Shown here: positions 30,240-40,214 of the stretch, one piece after another
Numbering within the stretch: the stretch's first letter is position 1
Layout of the letters: each line of letters starts with the position of its first letter
Assembly (NCBI GenBank): GCA_902628045.1
Contig: CACOLU010000004.1
Location: forward strand, 8,665 to 72,664
Reading direction: 5' to 3'
DNA: 64,000 nucleotides
Origin: an uncultured Candidatus Actinomarina sp.
Lineage (GTDB): Bacteria; Actinomycetota; Acidimicrobiia; Actinomarinales; Actinomarinaceae
Program-made: the position numbers and the translations under genes
Notes under the pieces: generated by a model
What the model was told of the DNA's origin: nothing
The model's input: only the letters and a program-made list of their open reading frames with translations
The model's database searches: none

Positions 30240-31392
30240 TAGAAGCTAAAAGAACACTCCCAGTTTCAATCATATCAGTAGCCCTTTTAGTAACTGTTGC
30301 ATGAGCAAATTCAGGTTGGTGGTTTACAATCTTTCCATCATCATCAACAATTTGAAGAAATGCGTGTAATGAAGGAACTTGTTTTGAAATATTACCAAAA
30401 TCTGTAGATCCATTTTTGCTTTGATCATAACTTTCATTGGTTTTCATATCTAAAGAAAGTTTTTTTGAATTTTCCATAAATATTGACTTTAATTTTTTAT
30501 CTGTGACTAGATTTTCATAAGTCCCATTACCTTCCACAATGTTTAACTTACAACCTGTAGATTCTGCAGCTCCTTTAAAACAATTTATAATTTTCTTTTC
30601 TAATCTATTTAAGTCTTTCGTTTTTTGAGCACGGATCATCCAACTTGATCTTGTGTAGTCTGGAATAATATTGGGGGACTCGCCACCATGTGTAATTATT
30701 CCGTGAACTTTTTCAACAGGTTGTAGTTGTTGCCTTAAAGCACTTATGTTGTTGTATGCAAGTATTTGAGCATCTAATGCATTTTTTCCAACATACGCTG
30801 AACCAGACGCATGTGCAGCTTTACCAAAATATTCAATATCAATTTGTTTTACTGCAATCATTAAAGGATCTACTTCGTTTCTCGTAGCAGGATGGATCAT
30901 TAAAGAATAAGCTGTATTTTCAAAAACACCCTCTTCTAAAAGTTTTATTTTTCCACCACCACCACCATTTTTATAGGTCAATGGAATAATCTCTTCAGCA
31001 GGACATCCTACTAACTTTATTTCATAATCAAGTTCGTCTTTATAATTCGAAAGGATAAAAAATGCACCTAATCCTATTGATGAAATTAGATTGTGCCCAC
31101 AAGCATGTCCAACATTTGGTAAAGCATCGTATTCTATACAAATAGCAATATTTTTTTTACCAACTCTTTTGTTGATTGAGGCAGTAAAAGCAGTTGGTAT
31201 ATTGCTAAATTTTTTATATTTTGTATCCAATACATGCTTTTTGATAAGCTTAGTAATTTTATCTACAGAGTTAACTTCTTGATATCCTAATTCTGGATTT
31301 TTATACATGTATTCATTAAGATGTAATAAGTCTTTTCTATATTTTGAAAATTCAGATTTGAGAGAATTGATATTCAATTTATCCACGTCCAT
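30223..31392 (-). CDS. M20D-family amidohydrolase / aminoacylase
   Basis: GHACGHN metal-binding motif and further His/Glu ligands; 389 aa. Confidence 0.75.
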   Translation of the reverse strand: MDVDKLNINSLKSEFSKYRKDLLHLNEYMYKNPELGYQEVNSVDKITKLIKKHVLDTKYKKFSNIPTAFTASINKRVGKKNIAICIEYDALPNVGHACGHNLISSIGLGAFFILSNYKDELDYEIKLVGCPAEEIIPLTYKNGGGGGKIKLLEEGVFENTAYSLMIHPATRNEVDPLMIAVKQIDIEYFGKAAHASGSAYVGKNALDAQILAYNNISALRQQLQPVEKVHGIITHGGESPNIIPDYTRSSWMIRAQKTKDLNRLEKKIINCFKGAAESTGCKLNIVEGNGTYENLVTDKKLKSIFMENSKKLSLDMKTNESYDQSKNGSTDFGNISKQVPSLHAFLQIVDDDGKIVNHQPEFAHATVTKRATDMIETGSVLLASTILDL

Positions 31393-32194
31393 AAAAAGTT
31401 ATTTCTTGAATAGCACACTCTAGAAATGGTTCTGCACCATTAACTTCTTCACCAGGATAAGCACTTAAAATTTGTATAGTTATTACTGATGATGATGTAT
31501 TTAGATCAATCCATTGAGAGCTAGTATTTTGATTTTCAAGCTCATATTCTACTGAGAACCCCTCTTCTTGTGATGTTATTAATATATCCCTTGGTTTAAA
31601 GTTCCTTTTAAAAGATTTTGAATCTTCTATGTTTTCGTATGTAAGAAATTGAAAATAAATATCTTTTGAGAAAGTAAATTCTAACGTTGCGTCCGCACAT
31701 TCTGATCCATTATCTTGCCATGAAGACGGTTCATCATCATATATTTTTTCACAAGACCAGCCATCTCCGAGACTGCTAGAGGCAGTACAGCTAAATGGGA
31801 ATTGAAGTTGAAGCAAGCTTTGAATTGTAGTTGACGAACTTGTTGTAGTTGACTGTTCTATAACTTGAATTTCTTCAATTATTTCCTCTGCGATATTTTG
31901 GTTGTAATAATAACTGGCTGCTGCAATCAGTGGAATAATTATTGCCAGAAAAAAGACAGCCCTAATACCAGGGACTTCATTTCTTGTTGGTAGGGAAGTA
32001 GCTCCATAATTTGATAGAGGCTGTGACAAAAGTTCTTCAGGAGGCTTTACTCTTCTGGTAATTTTAGATTCTGTTTTATTATCTGAATTTTCTAGGTCTT
32101 TTATACTTAAACCAAGCCATTCGCCACAGCTTGAACAAAACTCAATTGATTTGTCAACTATTGCTGAGCAAGCTTTACATTCTACTTTTTCCAT
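31379..32194 (-). CDS. Hypothetical membrane protein with N-terminal zinc ribbon and Cys-containing extracytoplasmic domain
   Basis: CKAC...CSSC ribbon, single TM (AVFFLAIIIPLIAAASYYY), C-terminal domain with 6 Cys; 14-nt overlap with the M20 gene. Confidence 0.5.
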   Translation of the reverse strand: MEKVECKACSAIVDKSIEFCSSCGEWLGLSIKDLENSDNKTESKITRRVKPPEELLSQPLSNYGATSLPTRNEVPGIRAVFFLAIIIPLIAAASYYYNQNIAEEIIEEIQVIEQSTTTSSSTTIQSLLQLQFPFSCTASSSLGDGWSCEKIYDDEPSSWQDNGSECADATLEFTFSKDIYFQFLTYENIEDSKSFKRNFKPRDILITSQEEGFSVEYELENQNTSSQWIDLNTSSSVITIQILSAYPGEEVNGAEPFLECAIQEITFYGRG

Positions 32195-32274
32195 TTAATT
32201 AGCCTATTATCCCTATTTATAAAATAATACAGTAACATTCAAATAACAATATTGTTCAAATAATAAAGAGGAAT

Positions 32275-33333
32275 ATGAAATTAAACAATAGTACAAGTGC
32301 GAGTCAGTTATTACCTGGACAGCCATTAAGAATTGGTGTTGATTTGATTGCTGACAAAAAATCAGGAGCATTAATTGTAATTGGCTCAACATCAAAATTA
32401 GAAAAAATTTCTTCAGGTGGTATTACTTTGAATGACTGTGAATTTTCATCTGAGATGCTCTCTGAATTGTCAAAAATGGACGGTGCTATTGTTGTAAATG
32501 AAAGTGTCTCAAAAATACTAAAAGCTAATGTTCATCTAAACCCAAGTGACACTATTTCGACTACTGAAACTGGAACTAGACATAGAACTGCAGAAAGAAC
32601 TGCTGCCACCACTGGCTTGACGGTCATAGCAGTATCAGAAGAAACCTCCTTGATTAAAGTATTTGAAAATCTTCAGACAATAGAATTGGAAGAGTCATCA
32701 GAAATATTAGGTAGAGTAAATGAGTCATTGCAATCAGTTGATAGGATGAGAAGAAGGTTTGATGATGCTGTGACTAATTTAGGAGATCTTGAAATTGAAA
32801 ATACATTAACAAATCAGGAAGTTTTAGAAGTAATTCAAAGAGGAGAACTCCTTATTCGATTAGCTAGCCAAGTCAAAACCGAAGCTCTAAAGCTTGGTGA
32901 GGATGCAGGATTGATTATGATTCAGATCGATTCTTTAGAGTCAGGTGTTATGAATACATTAAATCTAGTATTGAAAGACCATCTTCCATTAAGAAGATTT
33001 AGAACAACTACTAAAGCTATTAATGAAATAAGTATCTTGTCATATGATGAATTGAATGCAGTAGATTATCTTGGTAGCGTGTTATCTAAGCTTCCTTTAG
33101 ATGATATATCAGTATCAAAAGGATACAGGGTTCTTGCAAGATTGCCCGGATTACCTGAAAACCTACATGATCAAATAATTAACAAATTTAAAACACTACC
33201 AAAATTACTCACTGCTTCGCCAGAAAAATTGTATGAAGTTGAAGGCATTGGAAGAAGCAGGGCTCAACAATTGAGAGATTATTTCGATACTTTACTTAAA
33301 AATATAGGTTTTTCCTACATAAATGGACATTAA
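32275..33333 (+). CDS. disA: DNA integrity scanning protein DisA (diadenylate cyclase)
   Basis: DAC-domain motifs GALIVIGS, DGAIVV, TGTRHRTAERTA; C-terminal HhH. Confidence 0.85.
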   Translation: MKLNNSTSASQLLPGQPLRIGVDLIADKKSGALIVIGSTSKLEKISSGGITLNDCEFSSEMLSELSKMDGAIVVNESVSKILKANVHLNPSDTISTTETGTRHRTAERTAATTGLTVIAVSEETSLIKVFENLQTIELEESSEILGRVNESLQSVDRMRRRFDDAVTNLGDLEIENTLTNQEVLEVIQRGELLIRLASQVKTEALKLGEDAGLIMIQIDSLESGVMNTLNLVLKDHLPLRRFRTTTKAINEISILSYDELNAVDYLGSVLSKLPLDDISVSKGYRVLARLPGLPENLHDQIINKFKTLPKLLTASPEKLYEVEGIGRSRAQQLRDYFDTLLKNIGFSYINGH

Positions 33334-33353
33334 ATAGTTCTGAATCTATAGTA

Positions 33354-33923
33354 TTGTTGACATCTATGGCAACAAAAGCAAAAAAAATTACTGATAAATA
33401 TAAACCAAACCAATTTGTAGTTCACCCCCACCATGGTGCTGCAAAAGTTGTTAGAAAAGTTAACAAGAATGTAGAAATTTTTGATGAAAATGGTGAAGTA
33501 AGGTCAAAACGCAGGCAGTATTTCGAGATAGAAGTTCTCACAGATGGTCTGCTTGTGATGGTGCCAGTGGAAAATGTAGATGAGGTTATAAGGCCTGTTA
33601 TTTCAAAAAACGCAGTTTCAAGAAAAGTGTTTCCTATTTTTAAAGAAAAGCCAGAAGAAGCTGGAACTAATTGGAGTAGATGGTACAAAGTTCTGACAGA
33701 AAAGATGACATCTGGAGATGTAATACAAGTTGCTGAAGTGGTTAGAGACCTGACACATGCTCAAATCAACAAGGGTATTTCCCCTGCACTTAAAAGAATG
33801 CTTGCAAAAGCAAGAACCACCCTAGCTAGTGAAGTAGCATGTGCTTTAAGTATTGATGAAGAAGCAGCTGTAGAAAAAATTAACCAATATCTTCCTGAGG
33901 AAGACCCTGACGACGGTTTATAA
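33354..33923 (+). CDS. carD: CarD/CdnL-family RNA-polymerase-binding transcription factor
   Basis: Tudor-like N-terminus FVVHPHHGAAKV; true start may be the ATG at 33366. Confidence 0.8.
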   Translation: MLTSMATKAKKITDKYKPNQFVVHPHHGAAKVVRKVNKNVEIFDENGEVRSKRRQYFEIEVLTDGLLVMVPVENVDEVIRPVISKNAVSRKVFPIFKEKPEEAGTNWSRWYKVLTEKMTSGDVIQVAEVVRDLTHAQINKGISPALKRMLAKARTTLASEVACALSIDEEAAVEKINQYLPEEDPDDGL

Positions 33924-33949
33924 TTTATATATAAATCAAAAGAGGCATA

Positions 33950-34420
33950 ATGCTTGTAGGTAATGGGTTTGATATACACAAACATTCTAATGATGAAAAA
34001 TTAGTCCTCGGAGGCATAGCAGTTGAAGGGCCTGGTTTTGAAGCTCATTCAGATGGAGATTTAATTCTTCATTCACTTAGTGATGCTTTGCTTGGATCTA
34101 GAGCAAAAAAAGACCTGGGTTTTTATTTTCCATCTAACGAAAATACTCCTGAAAATATATCAAGCGTAGAAATGTTAAATAAAGTATTAGAAATAATTGA
34201 ATATGAAAAAATAATTATAAATAACATTGATATTACGGTTATTTCACAAGTTATAAATATTTCAAAAATATCTGATTCAATTGCTTCTAATATTGCCAAT
34301 TTATTAAATGTTGACAAAAATTTTATAAATGTAAAGGGTAAGTCTTTTGATAACCTTGGTGTGATTGGAGAAGGAAAAGCATCAGCTTGTTTTGCAATAG
34401 TTTCGGTGAAAGATGCTTAA
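33950..34420 (+). CDS. ispF: 2-C-methyl-D-erythritol 2,4-cyclodiphosphate synthase
   Basis: GNGFDIHK and HSDGD motifs. Confidence 0.9.
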   Translation: MLVGNGFDIHKHSNDEKLVLGGIAVEGPGFEAHSDGDLILHSLSDALLGSRAKKDLGFYFPSNENTPENISSVEMLNKVLEIIEYEKIIINNIDITVISQVINISKISDSIASNIANLLNVDKNFINVKGKSFDNLGVIGEGKASACFAIVSVKDA

Positions 34421-35810
34421 GATACATAATACTTATTCAAATACAATAGAGGAGTTTAAGCCAAATTCAGAAAATGTAAAAATTTATCTTTGCGGACCCA
34501 CGGTACAATCTTCACCACATATTGGACATGGACGATCTGCCGTAGTTTTTGATTTTTTAATTAGATATTTATTTTTTTTAAATTATGAAGTTAATTTTGT
34601 TCGTAATATAACTGATATTGAAGACAAAATAATTGAAAGGGCAGAAGAAGAGGGAATTACTACAATAGAATTAGCCGATCGTGTAACTAAAGAATTTCAA
34701 GATGCTTATTCTGGCCTTAATTGTTTACCACCAGATAATGAGCCTAAGGCCACCGAAACAATAGATCACATAATTAATTTTATTGAAGACCTAATTGAGA
34801 AAGGATATGCGTACATTACACAATCAGGTGTTTATTTTGAAGTTGGTAAGTTTGATGATTATTTGAAATTATCGGGCAGAAATAAAGATGAAGTCATTTC
34901 TGGCACCAGGGTTGATTTAGAGTCTGATAAGAAAAATACAGAAGATTTTGCACTATGGAAGATTTCTAAGGAAAATGAACCTGCATGGAACTCTCCTTGG
35001 GGTGATGGTAGACCTGGATGGCACATTGAATGTTCTGCAATGATAAGTAAAATATTTAATTCAGGTATTGATATTCACTGTGGTGGCAATGATTTAATTT
35101 TCCCCCACCATGAAAATGAGCTCGCACAGTCAGCTGCTGCTTTTGAAAATCAAGAATTTGTAAAATACTGGTTACATAATGGCATGATTAACCTTTCTGG
35201 ACAAAAGATGTCTAAATCTGAAGGCAATATAAAACTGCTTAACGAGTACATTGATAAGTTTGGTGGTAACGTAATTAGATTTTTCTTTTTAAGGTCACAC
35301 TACCGCAAGCCTCAGGAGTTTTCTGAAGGATTATTAGAAGAGTCAAAAACAACTTTTAAAAGAATACAGGAATTTATCAGCAATGTTGAAGCTAATGCTT
35401 CAGATTTATCAATTATTAACGTATTCAAAAATTCTATGAACGATGATTTAAACACGCCAAAGTTTTTAGGAGAAATCTTCGAAATAATGAATAATTCAAG
35501 CAATCTAGATAAAAAAGAAATAAAAAATTTAAAAGAATCTATCAAATTTATATTTGAAATTTTAGGTTTCAATTTTGATATCAAAGATAATGTAAAAATT
35601 AATCACGAAGAGCTTACAAAATTTTTCAATTCATTTCAAATAAATTATGACAATTTAGAACAAGCAATGGAAGAATTTCTTACACAAAGAAATAAGTTAA
35701 GAAACGAAAAGAATTTTAATGAAGCTGATGTCATGAGAGATAAATTAAAGGAAATTGGCTTGTTAATTAAGGATGGTGATGATAATAGCTGGTATTGGGA
35801 AAATAGTTGA
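34413..35810 (+). CDS. cysS: Cysteinyl-tRNA synthetase
   Basis: HIGH (PHIGHGRS) and KMSKS motifs. Confidence 0.9.
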   Translation: MLKIHNTYSNTIEEFKPNSENVKIYLCGPTVQSSPHIGHGRSAVVFDFLIRYLFFLNYEVNFVRNITDIEDKIIERAEEEGITTIELADRVTKEFQDAYSGLNCLPPDNEPKATETIDHIINFIEDLIEKGYAYITQSGVYFEVGKFDDYLKLSGRNKDEVISGTRVDLESDKKNTEDFALWKISKENEPAWNSPWGDGRPGWHIECSAMISKIFNSGIDIHCGGNDLIFPHHENELAQSAAAFENQEFVKYWLHNGMINLSGQKMSKSEGNIKLLNEYIDKFGGNVIRFFFLRSHYRKPQEFSEGLLEESKTTFKRIQEFISNVEANASDLSIINVFKNSMNDDLNTPKFLGEIFEIMNNSSNLDKKEIKNLKESIKFIFEILGFNFDIKDNVKINHEELTKFFNSFQINYDNLEQAMEEFLTQRNKLRNEKNFNEADVMRDKLKEIGLLIKDGDDNSWYWENS

Positions 35811-36507
35811 AGGTATTAATTCAGTAAACAGTGCTATTGATTCAGATCGAGCAGAAAAAATTTTCATCCTAGTATCTGATAAAATCATATCAAATCGTTT
35901 AGAGCTATTAATTGAAAAAGCAAAAAGTAAGGGATTGATAGTAGAAAAAATTAGAAAAAAAGAAGAGTGGATATTTAACTCTAGACATTCGGTTGTAGCA
36001 GTTTGTATACCCAAAACAACCTATGATGAAAAAACTTTACATCAAATAAAACCAAGCAATATTGTTGTATTAGATCATATTCAAGATACAAATAATTTTG
36101 GTGCAATAACTAGAACTGCATCAGCGTTCGACTTTAATATAGTTTGTCTTCCAAAAAAAAGGTCAGTAAATATAACAGAAAGAACTTTTGGAATCGCTGC
36201 AGGTGGTCTTGAAAATATAAATATTGTTTTTTATAATTCTATTTTTTCTTTAATCAAAAAATTAAAGTCGCTTGAGTACTGGACTGTTGGTATGGAGATG
36301 AATACAAATGATGATTTATCAAAAGTTGACTTAAATAATCAAAAAGTTGCCATATTTATTGGTTCTGAAGAAAACGGTTTAAGTAAAGAGATACAAAATA
36401 AATTAGATTTAATTATAAAAATTAATACAAATAACACAGTTGAATCTCTCAATGCCTCGGTCGCTGCTGCAATTGCAATGAATCATTTTTTTAAAAAAAG
36501 TAGTTGA
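35773..36507 (+). CDS. SpoU/TrmH-family rRNA 2'-O-methyltransferase (RlmB-like)
   Basis: SPOUT-fold motifs; conserved position after cysS and before tRNA-Thr. Confidence 0.75.
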   Translation: MVMIIAGIGKIVEGINSVNSAIDSDRAEKIFILVSDKIISNRLELLIEKAKSKGLIVEKIRKKEEWIFNSRHSVVAVCIPKTTYDEKTLHQIKPSNIVVLDHIQDTNNFGAITRTASAFDFNIVCLPKKRSVNITERTFGIAAGGLENINIVFYNSIFSLIKKLKSLEYWTVGMEMNTNDDLSKVDLNNQKVAIFIGSEENGLSKEIQNKLDLIIKINTNNTVESLNASVAAAIAMNHFFKKSS

Positions 36508-36540
36508 TTCAATACCGACTTTGCTATTATTTTACTGTTT

Positions 36541-36613
36541 GCCGGAGTAGCTCAGTGGCCAGAGCAGCCGACTTGTAATCGGCAGGTCAGGGGTTCGACT
36601 CCCCTCTCCGGCT
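36541..36613 (+). tRNA. tRNA-Thr (anticodon UGU)
   Basis: Cloverleaf read by eye: acceptor GCCGGAG/CTCCGGC, D-arm GCTC-AGTGGCCA-GAGC, anticodon stem GCCGA/TCGGC with loop CTTGTAA, T-arm AGGGG-TTCGACT-CCCCT, discriminator T; CCA not encoded. Confidence 0.9.
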
Positions 36614-36617
36614 CTAA

Positions 36618-37466
36618 GTGATTAAGTATGTAAATTCTTTTAAAATTTTTTTATTTTTGATACTTGCTGTTCAAATTGCCTTGTATTTTTATGGATATTT
36701 AAGACCATCTATTATTTATGATTACATTGATTTTTTTCCTTTTACAATTATTCCTGCAATAATTTTTTGTTATTTAAATATAAAGAGAATTACCAATAAG
36801 ATTTACATTTATTTATCAATATATCTTTCAGTAATTTTATTATTATTTCCAATTGCCCAGTTTTTTGATGCAAGCTTTCTTACAACATACAGTTTTCCAT
36901 CATATTTAGAAAATAGAGAGCTCAACAAAGATTCAGAATATTTATTGGTGATTGATACAAGTGGAAGTGTAAATTTGAATACTTTTAACGATACTGGTTA
37001 TTTTGCAGATGTTATAGATAAGCCAGGTAAATTAGGATATCCAGAGGCAGTAGAGACATTAATTGGGGAACCAAAAGCAGTTTTGTTTCGAGAAATAGAT
37101 ACATCAAGCTTATTAAAAGTTGCAGGATGGAATGTAAGTATTGGAAATAAAAACATTTGGAAATTAAATTTAGTATCTTTTAATTCTGAATTAAATCTAA
37201 AAAATATCAAATTGAATGATTCAAGAATCGCAGGTACTGGAAGCATTTTTCTTGGTGAAGGACTAGAAATTGATGAATTAAATATAAATGGAAATTTTGA
37301 AGTAAGGGTGTCTGAAGATTTGTCAGTTGTGGTTATAGGAAAAGTAGAGACCCCTGCCTCATGGATAAGTGCTACAATAGGATATTTAAACCAAGCTGAT
37401 GAAGTATATAAATTAAAAATAATTGTTGAGGATGGTTCTAATGTTAAGTTTTATGATGAAAAATAG
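36618..37466 (+). CDS. Hypothetical membrane protein with C-terminal beta-rich (DUF4097/LiaF-like) domain
   Basis: Three N-terminal TM helices, then repetitive beta-strand-like segments; 282 aa. Confidence 0.5.
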   Translation: MIKYVNSFKIFLFLILAVQIALYFYGYLRPSIIYDYIDFFPFTIIPAIIFCYLNIKRITNKIYIYLSIYLSVILLLFPIAQFFDASFLTTYSFPSYLENRELNKDSEYLLVIDTSGSVNLNTFNDTGYFADVIDKPGKLGYPEAVETLIGEPKAVLFREIDTSSLLKVAGWNVSIGNKNIWKLNLVSFNSELNLKNIKLNDSRIAGTGSIFLGEGLEIDELNINGNFEVRVSEDLSVVVIGKVETPASWISATIGYLNQADEVYKLKIIVEDGSNVKFYDEK

Positions 37467-37475
37467 GGGCCCTGA

Positions 37476-38393
37476 TTGCTAGACCAACTTGGTAATGGGC
37501 TTCTGTTAGGGATAATTATTTCTGTTGCTTCTGTGGCACTATCTTTGTTATATGGCGTTACAAGAATTGTTAATTTTGCTCATGGAGAAATTATTGCCCT
37601 TGGTGCAATTGCTACTTTATTTTTTTCTAGTCCATTAGATTACAGGGTGTTATTTTTAGATAAATTTTCACCACTGGGTCTAAATTTTGTAATATCGTGC
37701 ATTTTAGCCATATTAGTTTGTGGTTTATTTGGAGGCTTATTAGAGGTGTTTTTATTTAGACCTCTAAGAAAAAATGATGTTGGGAATATTGCTGTTTTAG
37801 TTGTAACTATTGGTCTTTCTATTTTAGTAAGACATTTGTATTTACTTTTTGCTACCGGAAAAGTTCAGAATTTTCCTCTTGAGTTGCAGAGAAGACAAAC
37901 TTACTTATTTTTTGACATGACTCCTAGGAATTTAAATGTTTTGATTATTGGAATAATTGTAATGATTATAGTTGGACTTCTCTTAACATACACTCGTCTA
38001 GGAAAGGCCATGAGAGCAGTAAGAGATTCAGGGGAACTTTCAAGTGTTTCTGGAATTAATTCAGATAATATAATTTTAATTACCTGGATTTCTTCAAGCA
38101 TGTTGGCAGGATTAGCTGGAATATTCCAAGCAACCATTAATGATGTTAGATGGAATATGGGATTTTTAATCTTACTTCTTATATTTGCTGGAACTGTCTT
38201 AGGTGGCATAGGAACTTCTTTCGGGGCAATGATAGGTGGATTATTGATCGGAATAATGGTTCAGGTATCAGTTGGATTACCATTTATGGAGGGACATACT
38301 GAAGCTAAAAATGCTGTGGCGTTAGGCGTAATGATTTTAATATTGTTATTCAGACCGCAAGGAATATTTGGTAAGAAAGAAAGAATTTCATGA
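37476..38393 (+). CDS. livH: Branched-chain amino acid ABC transporter permease
   Basis: LivH-family polytopic permease pattern. Confidence 0.8.
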   Translation: MLDQLGNGLLLGIIISVASVALSLLYGVTRIVNFAHGEIIALGAIATLFFSSPLDYRVLFLDKFSPLGLNFVISCILAILVCGLFGGLLEVFLFRPLRKNDVGNIAVLVVTIGLSILVRHLYLLFATGKVQNFPLELQRRQTYLFFDMTPRNLNVLIIGIIVMIIVGLLLTYTRLGKAMRAVRDSGELSSVSGINSDNIILITWISSSMLAGLAGIFQATINDVRWNMGFLILLLIFAGTVLGGIGTSFGAMIGGLLIGIMVQVSVGLPFMEGHTEAKNAVALGVMILILLFRPQGIFGKKERIS

Positions 38394-39454
38394 CATCCGC
38401 CAAAATTTCGTTTAGGCTTATTTTCTCTCTATTTGTTACTGCATTTTCAATTTATTTGGTATTTCTTTTAAATCCAGATGGTGCACCTAGAATTCTTTTA
38501 AATTTATTTACATTTGCGGGTATTTATGGACTTAGTGCTATTGGATTAAATGTTCATTTTGGATGGACTGGGCTTTTAAATTTTGGCCATGCCTCTTTTA
38601 TGGGAGTTGGTGCTTATGTCACTTTACTGTTAATGCCGCATGCAGCTGGTAGAGAGGGCGAAGTTACAACTACAGGTTTACCATTTTTTGCTGCTTTAAT
38701 TTTAGGCATCGGAGCCGCTGCTTTATTCGGATTATTACTTGGTCTTCCAGCTATAAGATTACGCGGTGATTATTTAGCAATTGTAACAATCGCCGCGGCA
38801 GAAATTTTTAGACTACTCGTTAGAGATTTAGAGTCAATAACAGGTGGAGTTTACGGCATAATAAACTACACTGAGAACTTTCAAAAATACAGACCATTAT
38901 TCATTGATAATTTTTCAGAAAACTTAGGTTTTTCACCCTCTCAAGCTTGGGTATGTTTAGCTGCGTGGGTATCTATATTTATTACTGTTTTATTACTCAA
39001 GCGTTTAAGTGATTCACCATGGGGTCGCGCATTAAGAGCAGTTAGAGAGGATGAAGATGCTGTAAGGGCTATGGGTAAAAATGCAGTATGGCTGAAACTT
39101 CAAAGTTTTATGCTTGGCGCAGGGATTGCAGGCTTATCAGGAGTTTTACTAGCATTTAATTATGGTTCGCTTGAAACAACAGTCTTTATTCCGTTATTAA
39201 CTTTCTATGTGTGGGCAATAATGATTCTAGGAGGAGTTGGCACAATTACCGGACCAATATTTGGATCAATTATATTTTGGGTGATTATCTCTGAGACTGA
39301 CCGATTGGCATATTTATTATTTGAAAATGCAAACGGTCAACAATTAGCTGGCGTAAGGTTTCTTTTAGTTGGAGTATTAATTATGTTTCTTATGATATTT
39401 AGACCAAGTGGATTATTAGGAAAGAAAGAAGAGTTACTGTTAGATGTCAAATAA
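38390..39454 (+). CDS. livM: Branched-chain amino acid ABC transporter permease
   Basis: LivM-family permease pattern; overlaps upstream stop. Confidence 0.8.
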   Translation: MTSAKISFRLIFSLFVTAFSIYLVFLLNPDGAPRILLNLFTFAGIYGLSAIGLNVHFGWTGLLNFGHASFMGVGAYVTLLLMPHAAGREGEVTTTGLPFFAALILGIGAAALFGLLLGLPAIRLRGDYLAIVTIAAAEIFRLLVRDLESITGGVYGIINYTENFQKYRPLFIDNFSENLGFSPSQAWVCLAAWVSIFITVLLLKRLSDSPWGRALRAVREDEDAVRAMGKNAVWLKLQSFMLGAGIAGLSGVLLAFNYGSLETTVFIPLLTFYVWAIMILGGVGTITGPIFGSIIFWVIISETDRLAYLLFENANGQQLAGVRFLLVGVLIMFLMIFRPSGLLGKKEELLLDVK

Positions 39455-40214
39455 TCTTATTTCTGTAAATAATTTAAAAAAATCATTTGGAGGCCTAAAA
39501 GCAGTTGACGTTCAGGAACTATCTTTTAAAAAAGGTGAACTTACTTCTATAATCGGACCAAATGGGGCAGGCAAGACTACCTTTTTTGATTTAATTTCTG
39601 GATTTCAAAGTGCAGACAGTGGGGAAGTCTCTTTGAAGGGTAAAAATATCTCAAGTACACAACCTTATAAAATTGCCAGAATGGGTATGGTAAGAACTTT
39701 TCAGTTAACAAAAGTTTTTGACAGAATGACTGTGATAGAGAATCTTTTATTTTCGGGATCAAATATAAATAATGATTCTTTTTTAAAATCATTTCTTAAA
39801 TTAAATTCGCAGAAATTATATGAAAGTAATCTTAAAGAAAAAGCAAATCAAATAATGAATGATTTGAATATAGGGCATATGGCTGACTCTTATGCTAGAG
39901 AGCTATCAGGTGGGCAAAAAAAACTACTAGAGTTAGCGAGGTCAATTATAAATGAACCAGAAATTTTACTTTTAGATGAGCCGTTAGCAGGGGTTAACCC
40001 TAAGTTAGCTGAAGATATTTTGTCTCTTATTACAAAATTATCTGATACCGGAATCACAATACTTATGGTTGAACATAATATTGAAGCTGTAATGAAGATT
40101 TCGGAGAGAATTGTTGTACTAGCAGAGGGTTCACTTATTGCTGACGGTGTTCCTAATGAAATTAGAACAGATACAAATGTAATTGAAGCCTATCTTGGAA
40201 AAGCGGATGAGTAA
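39444..40214 (+). CDS. livG: Branched-chain amino acid ABC transporter ATP-binding protein
   Basis: Walker A GPNGAGKTT, signature LSGGQKK. Confidence 0.85.
   Translation: MSNNLISVNNLKKSFGGLKAVDVQELSFKKGELTSIIGPNGAGKTTFFDLISGFQSADSGEVSLKGKNISSTQPYKIARMGMVRTFQLTKVFDRMTVIENLLFSGSNINNDSFLKSFLKLNSQKLYESNLKEKANQIMNDLNIGHMADSYARELSGGQKKLLELARSIINEPEILLLDEPLAGVNPKLAEDILSLITKLSDTGITILMVEHNIEAVMKISERIVVLAEGSLIADGVPNEIRTDTNVIEAYLGKADE

Noticed and set aside
36541-37466. Possible genomic island integrated at tRNA-Thr
   Set aside because: No integrase or recombinase, no visible direct repeat of the tRNA 3' end, no compositional shift; the downstream genes (liv transporter) look like core genes.
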